Assembly: GCA_017451915.1 (NCBI GenBank)
Contig: JAFTNJ010000035.1
Coordinates: forward strand, 6,448 to 70,447
DNA: 64,000 nucleotides
Direction: 5' to 3'
Source of the DNA: Clostridia bacterium
GTDB taxonomy: Bacteria; Bacillota; Clostridia; Oscillospirales; CAG-272
The position numbers and the translations under genes are program-made. Under the pieces are notes generated by a model that ran no database searches, was not told where the DNA came from, and worked only from the letters and a program-made list of their open reading frames with translations. Position 1 is the stretch's first letter. Each line of letters begins with the position of its first letter. Shown here one piece after another: positions 18,372-27,514 of this stretch.

Positions 18372-20537
18372 TTATGCCTTGGATTTGGAGCGCATGGTGA
18401 GGGAGATCCGCTTTTTGGGGACGTCCACACTCAAAACGCGCACCTTAACGATATCCCCCACCTTGACCACCTCGGAGGGATGCTTTACAAAGCGATCGCA
18501 AAGCTGAGAGATATGCACCAGGCCGTCCTGATGGACGCCAATGTCCACAAAGGCACCAAAGTCGATGACGTTCCGGACGGTTCCCGTCAGCTCCATGTCG
18601 GGCTTGAGGTCCTCCAGGCTCAGGATATCGTCGCGGAGCACGGGAGGCGGAAGCGAGTCACGAATGTCGCGTCCCGGCTTCTCCAGCTCGCCGAGAATAT
18701 CGAAGAGGGTGGGCTCACCAATGCCGAGGGTTTGGCAAACCGAGGGAATTCCGGCCTTGCGCACCTTATCTCCCAGGGTCTTGCCAATGGTTCCGTTGGC
18801 AACGTCCTCCTTGGTGTAGTCGAACATGGAGAGGAGCTGTGCGGTAGCGGCGTAGGACTCGGGATGCACGCCGGTGTTATCCAGAATCTCCTTTCCGCCG
18901 GGAACCCGCAAAAAGCCTGCGGCCTGCTCATAGGCCTTGGCACCGATGCGCGGAACCTTAAGCAGCTGAGCACGGGAGGTAAATTCCCCGTTCTCCTCAC
19001 GGTACTTTACAATGTTCTTTGCGGAAGTGGTATTGATACCCGAAATATAGGACAGCAAGGAATAGGACGCGGTGTTAACGTCCACGCCAACCTTATTTAC
19101 GCAATCCTCCACAACGCCGCCCAAAGCCTCGTCCAGGCGAGCCTGCTTCATATCGTGCTGATACTGTCCCACACCGATGCCCTTGGGGTCGATTTTGATC
19201 AGCTCGGCCAGAGGGTCCTGCAAGCGGCGGGCAATGGAAACCGCGCTTCGCTGCATAACGTCGAACTCGGGGAATTCCTCGGCTGCCAGCTTGGAGGCCG
19301 AATAGATGGAAGCCCCCGCCTCGCTGACCACAATGTATTTTACGTCACCGGGAACCTCCTTTAAGAGATTGGCAATAAAGATCTCGCTCTCCTTGGAGGC
19401 GGTGCCGTTGCCGATGGCAATCACGTCCACCTTATGCTTGGCGATCAGACGCTTGACGATGGATTTGCTCTTTTCGATCTCCTCCCGAGGCTTTACGGGA
19501 TAAATCACGGCGGTATCCACTACCCTGCCCGTCTTCTCCACCACCGCCAGCTTACAGCCGTGGGCGTAGCCGGGGTCAAAGCCCAGAACGGTCTTGCCCT
19601 TCAGGGGCGACTGCATGAGCAGATGACTCAGGTTATCGGCAAAGACCTTGATGGCCCCCTCGCTGGCGTTATCAAAGAGATCGTTGCGGATCTCGCGCTC
19701 AATGGAGGGCGCGATCAGGCGGTCGTAGCTATCCAGCACAGCGGCACTCACGTACTTCTCAGCGGGACTGCCATTGTTCAGAAGGGTTTGTGAAAGAAGA
19801 TAATTCAAAACGATCTCGGAGGCAACGGTAACATCTACCTTCAAAAATTCCTCCTTTTCTCCACGGTTGATCGCAAGAACGCGGTGAGGAAGGACCTTTT
19901 TAAGAGGCTCGGAATACTCGTAGTACTGGGCATAAACCGAATCCTCCTCCTTTGCCTTCCTGGTGGAAAGCAGACCGAACTCAAAGGTCAGGCGGCGGAG
20001 CTCCTTACGGAACTCGGCGTTGTCCGAAACATCCTCGGCAATGATATCCTTGGCTCCCTGCAAGGCCTCCTCCACCGACGCCACGCCCTTTTCCTCGCTG
20101 ATAAAGGCCTCGGCCTGCTCCTCAATGGAGGGCGTGTAGACAGGCTCCTGGGCAAAGATCAATTTTGCCAGATCCTCCAGGCCCTTTTCTCTCGCCACCG
20201 ACGCACGGGTCTTGCGGTGGGGACGGAAGGGACGGTAAATGTCGTCTACCTCGGTAACGGTCTGGGCGGCCTCAATGGCGGCCTGGATCTCGGGGGTCAT
20301 CTTCTCCTGGGCACTGATCAGATCAAAGACCTCCTGCTTGCGCTTTTCGATGTTGCGCAAAAAGGTGAGGCGGTCAAACAGATCACGCAGGATATTGTCG
20401 TCCAGGCTTCCAGTAACCTCCTTACGGTAACGGGCAATAAAAGGGATGGTGTTGCCCTCATCGATCAGCTCCACGGTCTTTTCCACCTGCTCGAGCTTGA
20501 GATTGAATTCCTGGGCAAGTTTTTCGTTGATGTTCAT
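18372..20537 (-). CDS. tex: Tex-like S1 RNA-binding transcription accessory protein
   Basis: 721 aa with IPFIARYRKE, a YqgF/HhH middle region and a C-terminal S1 domain (GTVRNVIDFGAFVDIG). Confidence 0.9.
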   Translation of the reverse strand: MNINEKLAQEFNLKLEQVEKTVELIDEGNTIPFIARYRKEVTGSLDDNILRDLFDRLTFLRNIEKRKQEVFDLISAQEKMTPEIQAAIEAAQTVTEVDDIYRPFRPHRKTRASVAREKGLEDLAKLIFAQEPVYTPSIEEQAEAFISEEKGVASVEEALQGAKDIIAEDVSDNAEFRKELRRLTFEFGLLSTRKAKEEDSVYAQYYEYSEPLKKVLPHRVLAINRGEKEEFLKVDVTVASEIVLNYLLSQTLLNNGSPAEKYVSAAVLDSYDRLIAPSIEREIRNDLFDNASEGAIKVFADNLSHLLMQSPLKGKTVLGFDPGYAHGCKLAVVEKTGRVVDTAVIYPVKPREEIEKSKSIVKRLIAKHKVDVIAIGNGTASKESEIFIANLLKEVPGDVKYIVVSEAGASIYSASKLAAEEFPEFDVMQRSAVSIARRLQDPLAELIKIDPKGIGVGQYQHDMKQARLDEALGGVVEDCVNKVGVDVNTASYSLLSYISGINTTSAKNIVKYREENGEFTSRAQLLKVPRIGAKAYEQAAGFLRVPGGKEILDNTGVHPESYAATAQLLSMFDYTKEDVANGTIGKTLGDKVRKAGIPSVCQTLGIGEPTLFDILGELEKPGRDIRDSLPPPVLRDDILSLEDLKPDMELTGTVRNVIDFGAFVDIGVHQDGLVHISQLCDRFVKHPSEVVKVGDIVKVRVLSVDVPKKRISLTMRSKSKA

Positions 20538-20579
20538 TGGGTTCTTCAGGGTTCCTTTCGTTGAATATTCTAAAGCAAA

Positions 20580-21284
20580 TTATTGTTGATTTAACAAAGT
20601 GATCTCTTCCTCGGTCAGCTCCCGCCATTCTCCCCGCTCCAGGGTCGGATCCAGGGAAAGAGGGCCAAAGGTCAACCGCTCCAGGGAAGTGATCTGATTG
20701 TGTACGGCCTCCATCATCAGCTTGATCTGGTGGTATTTCCCCTCGGTAATGGCAATGACGCCATTCCGCTCGTTGGACAGATTGACGCGGCAGGGCTTGG
20801 TCACGTAGCCGCCAATGTCCACACCGCCCTCCAGCGCATCGATATCGGCCGAGGAGAGCGGAAACTTTACGGTAAAGCCGTAGGATTTTTCCACGTGATG
20901 CTTTGGGGATAGCAGACGGTGGGAAAGAACGCCGTCGTTGGTCAGGAGCATCAGTCCCAGGGTATGCTTATCCAGTCGCCCACAGGGGAACAGCCCCAGC
21001 CTGCGGTATTCCTCGGGCAAAAGCTCGGTCACCACCGGATCGCGTCCGTCCTCGGTGGCACTGACGTAGCCGTCGGGCTTATTCAGCATAAAGTAAAAGA
21101 ATTTTCGATATCGCACGGGGGTACCGCAATAGACCACGGCGTCCACCGCGGGGTCGACCTTGACGTCGGCCGAGCGCACGGGGGTGCCGTTGACGGTAAT
21201 GGAGCCTGCCCGCGCCGCACGGGCACTCTCCTTCCGCGTAGCGACACCGCACTCGGAAAGCATTTTATCCAAACGCACGGACAT
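20580..21284 (-). CDS. Pseudouridine synthase, RsuA/RluB family, with S4 domain
   Basis: N-terminal S4 segment (RLDKMLSECGVATRKE) and catalytic GRLDKHTLGLMLLTNDG. Confidence 0.85.
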   Translation of the reverse strand: MSVRLDKMLSECGVATRKESARAARAGSITVNGTPVRSADVKVDPAVDAVVYCGTPVRYRKFFYFMLNKPDGYVSATEDGRDPVVTELLPEEYRRLGLFPCGRLDKHTLGLMLLTNDGVLSHRLLSPKHHVEKSYGFTVKFPLSSADIDALEGGVDIGGYVTKPCRVNLSNERNGVIAITEGKYHQIKLMMEAVHNQITSLERLTFGPLSLDPTLERGEWRELTEEEITLLNQQ

Positions 21285-21311
21285 ACCTCCTTTTGTTTTT
21301 TTGTGATATGA

Positions 21312-22127
21312 TTACAGCGCGCGGCTCTTCCAGCCGTCCCGCGTCATGACCCACACGCAACCAAGCCCGCTGGAGCGCGCCAGATGCACCGCGTCGGCAA
21401 AGCCGTACAGAAGATTCTCCTTGGCGTGCGCGTCCGAGGTGATGGTAACGTTGCCCCGCTTCTCCGCGATGCGACGCAGAAGAATGGGCGAGGGATAGGG
21501 CGTCTTTCGGTATCCCCGAGACATGGCACCGGTATTGATCTCAAAGACCACGTCCTTTTCCAGCAGCGCGTCCAGGGCCTCCAGAGCCACGCGAAGATAG
21601 CGGGGATCCTGCTCGTCAAACATCCGTCCGCCCTCATTGAACTTGGTCACCAGGTCAAAGTGGCCTACAATATCGCATCGGGTGACGTCCGCCACCGTAG
21701 CCATGCGTTGATAATAATCCTTGCAAAGGCGGTAGAGATCGCCGCCGTAATAGGTTTTGGCTCCCTCCAAGAGTACCTCCTCCGAGTGATCCACCATTAC
21801 CTCGCCGCCCTCGGGCTGCAGGCAATGCACCGAGCCGATGACGTAATCGTATGGATAATCGGGAATCCCTGTCAGAAGATCCTGCTCAATACCCAATAGA
21901 ATATGTAACCGGTCCTTATAAGCATCCTTCAAGCGAAGAATCTCCCTTTGATATTGCTTGGTTCGTTCCTGCTTCATCGCCCACGTGGTAGAAAACGGCA
22001 ATCCGGAATGCCCCGAAAAGCCCAGGGTCTCCATCCCCGCGTCGATGGCCGCCAGCACCATTTCCTCGGCGCTGTGCTTTCCGTCGCAAAAATTGGTATG
22101 CGTATGCAGATTACATTTTGGAATCAT
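21312..22127 (-). CDS. PHP-family histidinol-phosphatase (HisJ/HisK type)
   Basis: NLHTHTNFCDGK and later His/Asp metal ligands. 271 aa. Confidence 0.75.
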   Translation of the reverse strand: MIPKCNLHTHTNFCDGKHSAEEMVLAAIDAGMETLGFSGHSGLPFSTTWAMKQERTKQYQREILRLKDAYKDRLHILLGIEQDLLTGIPDYPYDYVIGSVHCLQPEGGEVMVDHSEEVLLEGAKTYYGGDLYRLCKDYYQRMATVADVTRCDIVGHFDLVTKFNEGGRMFDEQDPRYLRVALEALDALLEKDVVFEINTGAMSRGYRKTPYPSPILLRRIAEKRGNVTITSDAHAKENLLYGFADAVHLARSSGLGCVWVMTRDGWKSRAL

Positions 22128-22133
22128 GAAAAA

Positions 22134-23123
22134 TCACTCCGTTTCTTGGGTTGGCTGTACCGGCACACGAATGGAATAGCTATGAAGCGTATCCCCTTCG
22201 GGATAAGGCATGACCGCCAGCAGGATCGCTTTGAGCTCGCCATCCTCAAAATAAGGTTGGGGACGCTCCAGCCGCTTGACGGCCAGTGTCCCGGTTTCCA
22301 TAGGAAGCACCAAAGGCATGGCCAAGGGCTCCTCGGCGGGAACAAAACCCACGCCGTCGGTGGACACGAACAGTGCTAAGGACGTGGAACCGGTTCCTGT
22401 AAAATAGCCGTGAAAATCCTTGGCAATGGCCCAAAGCCTTCCCTGTTCATAAAAGAGACAGGGATCCTCCACCGACCAGGGGTGCTCGGGATTTTGCATC
22501 ACGGGAATGCCTGTTTTTTCAAAGGGGCCCATAGGATCCTTGGCGTAAGCCATACTGCACACCACGGGGCCTCCCTTGGGAAGACTCCCCTCCTTCCCTA
22601 CGCCCTTGTAAAGGAGGGCGATGCGTCCGTCCGGGAACCGACAGACCGAGGGGTTGGAGGTCATCAGGCAATCAAAGCCGTGGGGAGAAACGTCGATCAC
22701 GGGTGCCGGGGAGCGGGTCCACGCTCCCAAGGGATGGGAGGCATACGCCACGCCGATGCGCTGGTGATTGCGATGATCCCAATAGGATCCGTCGCCGTAG
22801 TTCCCCATATAATAAAGGTAAAATACACCGTTTTGCTCAATGACACAGGGGTTATGAAAGCAATCCCGATCCCAGGAGGGAGCCTCCGAGCGCGTCAGTA
22901 TCACCTTTTCAAAGCGAAATTCGCCAAACAGCGTCTTTGACGTGGCCACGGCAATCTCGGAGTGCGTCACCCATGCGTCAAAGCCGTATTCCTTCTTCCA
23001 ACGGGAATAGAAAAGATAATAGGTATCCCCGTGCTTGATCAGCGAACCGCACCAAACGAAATAGCCATCCTCCGAAAAGATCGCCGTGGTTGGAGCCGGT
23101 TGTAAGCGGTCATAAAAACGCAT
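22134..23123 (-). CDS. Five-bladed beta-propeller glycoside-hydrolase-like protein (GH43/GH117-like clan)
   Basis: Repeated blade signatures: GDTYYLFYS, NGVFYLYYMG, DGRIALLYKG and GRLWAIAKD. Family assignment is tentative. Confidence 0.5.
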   Translation of the reverse strand: MRFYDRLQPAPTTAIFSEDGYFVWCGSLIKHGDTYYLFYSRWKKEYGFDAWVTHSEIAVATSKTLFGEFRFEKVILTRSEAPSWDRDCFHNPCVIEQNGVFYLYYMGNYGDGSYWDHRNHQRIGVAYASHPLGAWTRSPAPVIDVSPHGFDCLMTSNPSVCRFPDGRIALLYKGVGKEGSLPKGGPVVCSMAYAKDPMGPFEKTGIPVMQNPEHPWSVEDPCLFYEQGRLWAIAKDFHGYFTGTGSTSLALFVSTDGVGFVPAEEPLAMPLVLPMETGTLAVKRLERPQPYFEDGELKAILLAVMPYPEGDTLHSYSIRVPVQPTQETE

Positions 23124-23149
23124 GGTAAACTTCCTTTCAAGTTAAGAGG

Positions 23150-25060
23150 TCAATCCTTGGACAGGATGCAAGCAACGATGCTGTCGCAATCCAAGCCCAC
23201 GGTCTTGAGGATAGGCTCGTCCTTTTCCTGCACGGCAAAGGACTCCTCCACCGCCAGGATTCGAACACGTTTGTTTTGCATCTGTGCGTGGTGGGAAAGC
23301 TCCTCGGAAAGCAGCATCCCCATGCCGCCGGCGCGGATCTCCTCCTCCAGGAATATAACCTTGCAAGCCTTTTGCGGCAGGTACGGGAGGATCCGTTGCG
23401 CGGTCTCGCCGTAGGGCTTTAACTGCTCCAAAAGCAGGATTCCTACACGAAGCCCTTGCTCCTTCAAGGAAGTCGCCGCCTTCATGACCTCCCGCACGAT
23501 GCGTCCGTGCGTTACGATCACGGCGTCAATATCCTCCTTCTGATTCAAAGGATAATTACTCCGCAAACCAAGGTCGTTCTGGGGCGAGGTTCCGTAGAAG
23601 GCTTCGGCCACCTCGGCATCCTCATAGCCGTTGGCATAGCGAATGGCACATGGGCCGTTGGCCTTGAGGGCTGCCTCCAGCGAAAGCTGCAATCCCTTGC
23701 GGGTTACGGGAGTATAGATCCGCATCCCGGGGATTTGGGAAAGAAAAGCCACATCAAAAATGCCGTGATGAGTGGCTCCGTCCCCGGCGTTCAGGCCGGC
23801 GCGGTCCACACAAAGCACCACGGGAAGCTCCTGGAGAGCTACGTCGTGGATAATGTTGTCGTAAGAGCGTTGCAAAAAGGTGGAATAAATGGCAACCACG
23901 GGACGGTAGCCGTTGGCCGCCAGCCCCGCCGCAAAGGTCACGGCGTGCTCCTCGGCAATGCCCACGTCAAAGAACCGTCCGGGATGGGCGGAACGGAAGG
24001 GGGTCAGCCCGGTACCCTCGGTCATGGCCGCGGTCACCGCGCAAATCCGCTCGTTTTTCATTGCCTTTGCGGTAAGATAGCTTCCCATCTCCTCCGAAAA
24101 GCTGGGGCCGGTCGCCGGCTTCTTTCCGTTGGGGGAAATGCCGTGGAAACGGTCGGGACGGGTCTCGGCAGGGGCGTAGCCCTTTCCCTTTTGGGTCTTG
24201 AGGTGGATCACACAGCTCTGCCCCGTAGCCTTGGCCTCCCGCAGAAGGCGTTCTACCGAGGCCTCGTCGTTTCCGTCCACCGGGCCAAAATAGGTCATGC
24301 CCAGATTCTCAAAATAATTGGAGCCGTACAACGCCGACTTAATAGCGATCTTCAGGCGCAGCAGCAAGCGGAACAAGGGCTTACCGATCAAGGGCAGATG
24401 ATTCAGCACGGAGATCGTGAGGCTCTTGGTGCGAAAATACCGCTGGCTGGAGCGCAGGTTCGACAGGCTCTTGGCAAACCGTCCGATGTTCTTGGAGATC
24501 GACATCTCGTTCTCATTGATCACAATGATCAAGCGCAGCTTTTTTCGACAGTTGTTCAGCGCCTCGTGGATCATACCGCCGGTATAGGCACCGTCGCCAA
24601 GAACGCATACGGTGTAGGCATTGGAGCCCGACAGTCGGTCAGCCTCGGCAAAGCCCAGGGCGGCGGAAAGGGACGTGGAGCTATGTCCCGTGCCAAAGCA
24701 ATCGTGCTCGCTCTCGCTCCGCTTGGGAAAGCCGCTCAAGCCGCCTCCCTGGCGAAGAGTGGAAAACTTCTCCCGCCGTCCGGTGAGAAGCTTGTGCACG
24801 TAGCTCTGGTGGCCAACGTCAAAAATAACGTGATCCTTGGGAGAAGAAAAGACGCGGTGAATGGCAAGGGTCAGTTCCACCACACCAAGGTTGGAGGCCA
24901 AATGCCCACCGTGCTCACTGACCTGCTCGATCAAAAAGCTACGGATCTCATTTGCCAGGAGGGGCAATTCCTCCGAAGAAAGGTTCTTCAGCTCCTCCGG
25001 ACTATTTACTTTTTCAAGGTAAGGATATCGCATGGTCGAATCTTTTTGTTCTTCCGCCAT
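23150..25060 (-). CDS. dxs: 1-deoxy-D-xylulose-5-phosphate synthase
   Basis: GHLASNLGVVELT and GDGAYTGGM (TPP site). Start moved to ATG 25060 (MAEEQKD...) after GAGAGGAAGGGTG. The 90 extra codons in the ORF track cross the promoter. Confidence 0.92.
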   Translation of the reverse strand: MAEEQKDSTMRYPYLEKVNSPEELKNLSSEELPLLANEIRSFLIEQVSEHGGHLASNLGVVELTLAIHRVFSSPKDHVIFDVGHQSYVHKLLTGRREKFSTLRQGGGLSGFPKRSESEHDCFGTGHSSTSLSAALGFAEADRLSGSNAYTVCVLGDGAYTGGMIHEALNNCRKKLRLIIVINENEMSISKNIGRFAKSLSNLRSSQRYFRTKSLTISVLNHLPLIGKPLFRLLLRLKIAIKSALYGSNYFENLGMTYFGPVDGNDEASVERLLREAKATGQSCVIHLKTQKGKGYAPAETRPDRFHGISPNGKKPATGPSFSEEMGSYLTAKAMKNERICAVTAAMTEGTGLTPFRSAHPGRFFDVGIAEEHAVTFAAGLAANGYRPVVAIYSTFLQRSYDNIIHDVALQELPVVLCVDRAGLNAGDGATHHGIFDVAFLSQIPGMRIYTPVTRKGLQLSLEAALKANGPCAIRYANGYEDAEVAEAFYGTSPQNDLGLRSNYPLNQKEDIDAVIVTHGRIVREVMKAATSLKEQGLRVGILLLEQLKPYGETAQRILPYLPQKACKVIFLEEEIRAGGMGMLLSEELSHHAQMQNKRVRILAVEESFAVQEKDEPILKTVGLDCDSIVACILSKD

Positions 25061-25105
25061 TGTATAGCACCCTTCCTCTCTTTTTATCATTATTATATCC
25101 ATAAG

Positions 25106-25134
25106 ATTATACCATAAAAACGCTTCGTTGTCAA
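25106..25134 (-). promoter_or_regulatory. Consensus promoter TTGACA-17-TATAAT of dxs
   Basis: On the minus strand, TTGACA is at 25134-25129 and TATAAT at 25111-25106, with an upstream TG (extended -10). Confidence 0.7.
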
Positions 25135-25268
25135 GTCGGCAACTCGATTTCTCGTTTTTTCCGCACGCCCAGGACAGGCATTCGTTTTTTTCTGAAAAAT
25201 CGCAAAAAAGAGAGAAAAAACGAGATTTTTGCAGGTTTTTCCGTCTTTTTCGCTCCTTTTTGCTGATT

Positions 25269-25341
25269 TTTGACTTTCTTTGACTTTGACTTTCTTTGAC
25301 TTTCGAAGTATAATGATCACGGAAAGTCAAAGAAGGTCAAA
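25269..25341 (+). promoter_or_regulatory. ctsR operon promoter (TTGACT-17-TATAAT) with three CtsR operators
   Basis: -35 at 25286-25291 and -10 at 25309-25314. Two back-to-back AGTCAAAGAAAGTCAAA operators lie on the minus strand (25269-25285 and 25285-25301). One AGTCAAAGAAGGTCAAA operator lies on the plus strand (25325-25341). Confidence 0.85.
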
Positions 25342-25355
25342 AAGGAGAAACCGAT

Positions 25356-25802
25356 ATGTTAACCGATTCCATCGCAAAAATGATTGAAGAAATGCTGAAC
25401 GAGGGCAACGGGATTCTGGAGCTGCAACGAAACGAAATGGCCATGCGCCTGGGCTGTGTTCCCAGCCAGATCAGCTACGTCATCTCTTCCCGCTTTACCC
25501 CCGAGCGTGGCTACGTCATCGAATCCCGACGCGGCGGCGGCGGATGTATCCGCATCGTACGCAAGCAAATGGGACGCAACGATTACCTGATGCACTTCTT
25601 TTGCGCCATCGGGGACCGCATCGACGAGCAGGAGGCCCTTGCCTATCTGAAAAACCTCTTGGGCAACGAGTATATCACCTCCCGGGAGTTTGCCCTGTGC
25701 GCGGCGGCCCTCTCCCAAGCCTCCCTTTCCTCCCTGCCTCCCCAGGTTCGCAGTCTGACCCGGGCGGATATTCTTAAGCAGTTGATCCTTACTTTGATGT
25801 AA
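25356..25802 (+). CDS. ctsR: Class III stress-gene repressor CtsR
   Basis: 148 aa. MLTDSIAKMIEEML... and GYVIESRRGGGGCIRIV are typical CtsR sequence. Confidence 0.92.
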   Translation: MLTDSIAKMIEEMLNEGNGILELQRNEMAMRLGCVPSQISYVISSRFTPERGYVIESRRGGGGCIRIVRKQMGRNDYLMHFFCAIGDRIDEQEALAYLKNLLGNEYITSREFALCAAALSQASLSSLPPQVRSLTRADILKQLILTLM

Positions 25803-25913
25803 AAAAACAAATTTTTCCAAATTGCAGAGAAAGCGACAAATTATTTCGCACAAAAGAGCTATAATAGAACAAAAAAGCCGCAAGAGTCCTTGCGGAGAAA
25901 GGAACCAATCAAA

Positions 25914-26456
25914 ATGCTTTGTGAAACCTGTAAAAAACGAACCGCGACCGTGTTCTACAATGAAAATATCAACGGCAAAACCCGCTCCTATTCCCTTTGC
26001 GGCGAATGTGCCGCAAAACTGAGAGAAAAGGGCGAGCTTCAGGATATTACGTCTATGATCGGCAGCTTTGCCGACCCCTTCTCTACCCTGCAGGACGATC
26101 TCTTTGGCGGATTCTTCGGGATCCCCACGTCTCTGCACCTTTCCTCCCAGAAAAAATGTCCCTCCTGTTCCTGTACCTACGATCAGATCAGCAAGGAGGG
26201 AAAGGTGGGCTGTCCCCAATGCTACACCACCTTTCGGGACGAGCTCTCCCGCCTGATCGCCTCGGTGCACGGCACCACCTCCCACGTGGGGAGCGTCCCC
26301 GCGCGGCATCGGGCCAAGCGCGAGCGGGATCTTCGACTGCAGGAGCTGACGGCTCAGCTGCAGAACGCCATTCAAGCCGAGCAATACGAGCAAGCTGCTA
26401 CCCTGCGGGATGAGATCCGCAAGCTGAAGGAGCAGGCACAGAAGGAGGTAGAATAA
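25914..26456 (+). CDS. mcsA: McsA (zinc-finger / UVR-motif activator of McsB)
   Basis: CETCKK...CGEC zinc fingers and a C-terminal UVR motif (EQYEQAATLRDEIRKL). ATG 25914 follows GGAGAAAGGAA. Confidence 0.85.
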   Translation: MLCETCKKRTATVFYNENINGKTRSYSLCGECAAKLREKGELQDITSMIGSFADPFSTLQDDLFGGFFGIPTSLHLSSQKKCPSCSCTYDQISKEGKVGCPQCYTTFRDELSRLIASVHGTTSHVGSVPARHRAKRERDLRLQELTAQLQNAIQAEQYEQAATLRDEIRKLKEQAQKEVE

Positions 26457-26457
26457 T

Positions 26458-27483
26458 ATGGCATGGTACAATACGGCAGGAAAACACGCCGACACCGTTA
26501 TCAGCACCCGCGTGCGTCTGGCAAGAAACCTCAACGGCTACCCCTTTGCCTCCAAGCTGGATGCCGCCGGTGCCAATGAGATCATTGAAAAGGTCAGCGC
26601 ACCTTTGGAATCCGCGGGGTTCCGAAAGATCCATTTTTCGGATCTCTCCCCGGTGATGGCCACCTCCTACGTGGAGCGACATTACGTAAGCCCCGAGTTT
26701 GCCACCAAGGAATCTCCTCACGCCCTGCTGCTGCAGGAGCCCCTTGGCATTGCCGTAATGGTTTGCGAGGAGGATCATCTGCGGATCCAATCCATTCTCC
26801 CCGGCCTTGCCCTGGAAGAAGCCTACAAAAACGCGCAACAGACCGAAAAGCGTCTGGACGAGGATTTTGACTTTGCATACAGCGAGGAGCTGGGCTACCT
26901 GACCCACTGCCCCACCAATCTGGGCACCGGTATGCGGGCCTCGGTGATGATGTTCCTCCCGGCACTGACCCGCGGCGGCTATATGGATTCCCTGGCCGCC
27001 CAGCTCTCCAAGATCGGACTGGCGGTACGCGGCCTGTTTGGCGAGGGCAGCGGAGCGGCAGGATGTATGTATCAGATCTCCAATCAGATCACTTTGGGCA
27101 TCACCGAAGAGGATACCCTGAAAAAGCTGAAGGAAGCCGTAAAGCAGATCACCGAAAAGGAGCACTACGCGAGAAAGAGCATTCAGGGGGAGGCGCGGGA
27201 CCGCTTGACCGACCGCATCCTGCGGAGTGAGGGACTGTTGAAGCACGCTTTCCTGATGTCCTCCTCAGAGTTCATCAAGCTCTATGCCGACGTCCGCTTT
27301 GGCATTGCCCTGGGGATCGTGCAGGACGTGAGCTACGAGCAGCTGGGCAGCCTTTTGGTGGAAACCATGCCCGCAACGCTGACCCTTTCCTCGGAATCCA
27401 CCCCCAAGACCGAAACCGCCCGGGACAAGCTCCGCGCCCAGCGGATCAAGCTTGCCTTGAATCATACGGGCACCCCGGAATAA
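26458..27483 (+). CDS. mcsB: Protein arginine kinase McsB
   Basis: Phosphagen-kinase signature HCPTNLGTGMRAS. 341 aa. The start lies 1 nt after the mcsA stop. Confidence 0.9.
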   Translation: MAWYNTAGKHADTVISTRVRLARNLNGYPFASKLDAAGANEIIEKVSAPLESAGFRKIHFSDLSPVMATSYVERHYVSPEFATKESPHALLLQEPLGIAVMVCEEDHLRIQSILPGLALEEAYKNAQQTEKRLDEDFDFAYSEELGYLTHCPTNLGTGMRASVMMFLPALTRGGYMDSLAAQLSKIGLAVRGLFGEGSGAAGCMYQISNQITLGITEEDTLKKLKEAVKQITEKEHYARKSIQGEARDRLTDRILRSEGLLKHAFLMSSSEFIKLYADVRFGIALGIVQDVSYEQLGSLLVETMPATLTLSSESTPKTETARDKLRAQRIKLALNHTGTPE

Positions 27484-27514
27484 CCTTGCAAACCAGAAAG
27501 GAGCGTGATTGCTT

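Noticed and set aside
25061-25330. 90-codon N-terminal extension of dxs in the ORF track (726 aa)
   Set aside because: The extension runs through the dxs promoter (25106-25134), the A/T tracts and the CtsR operators. It translates to Lys/Ser/Arg-rich junk. The conserved Dxs N-terminus starts at ATG 25060, which has a good RBS.
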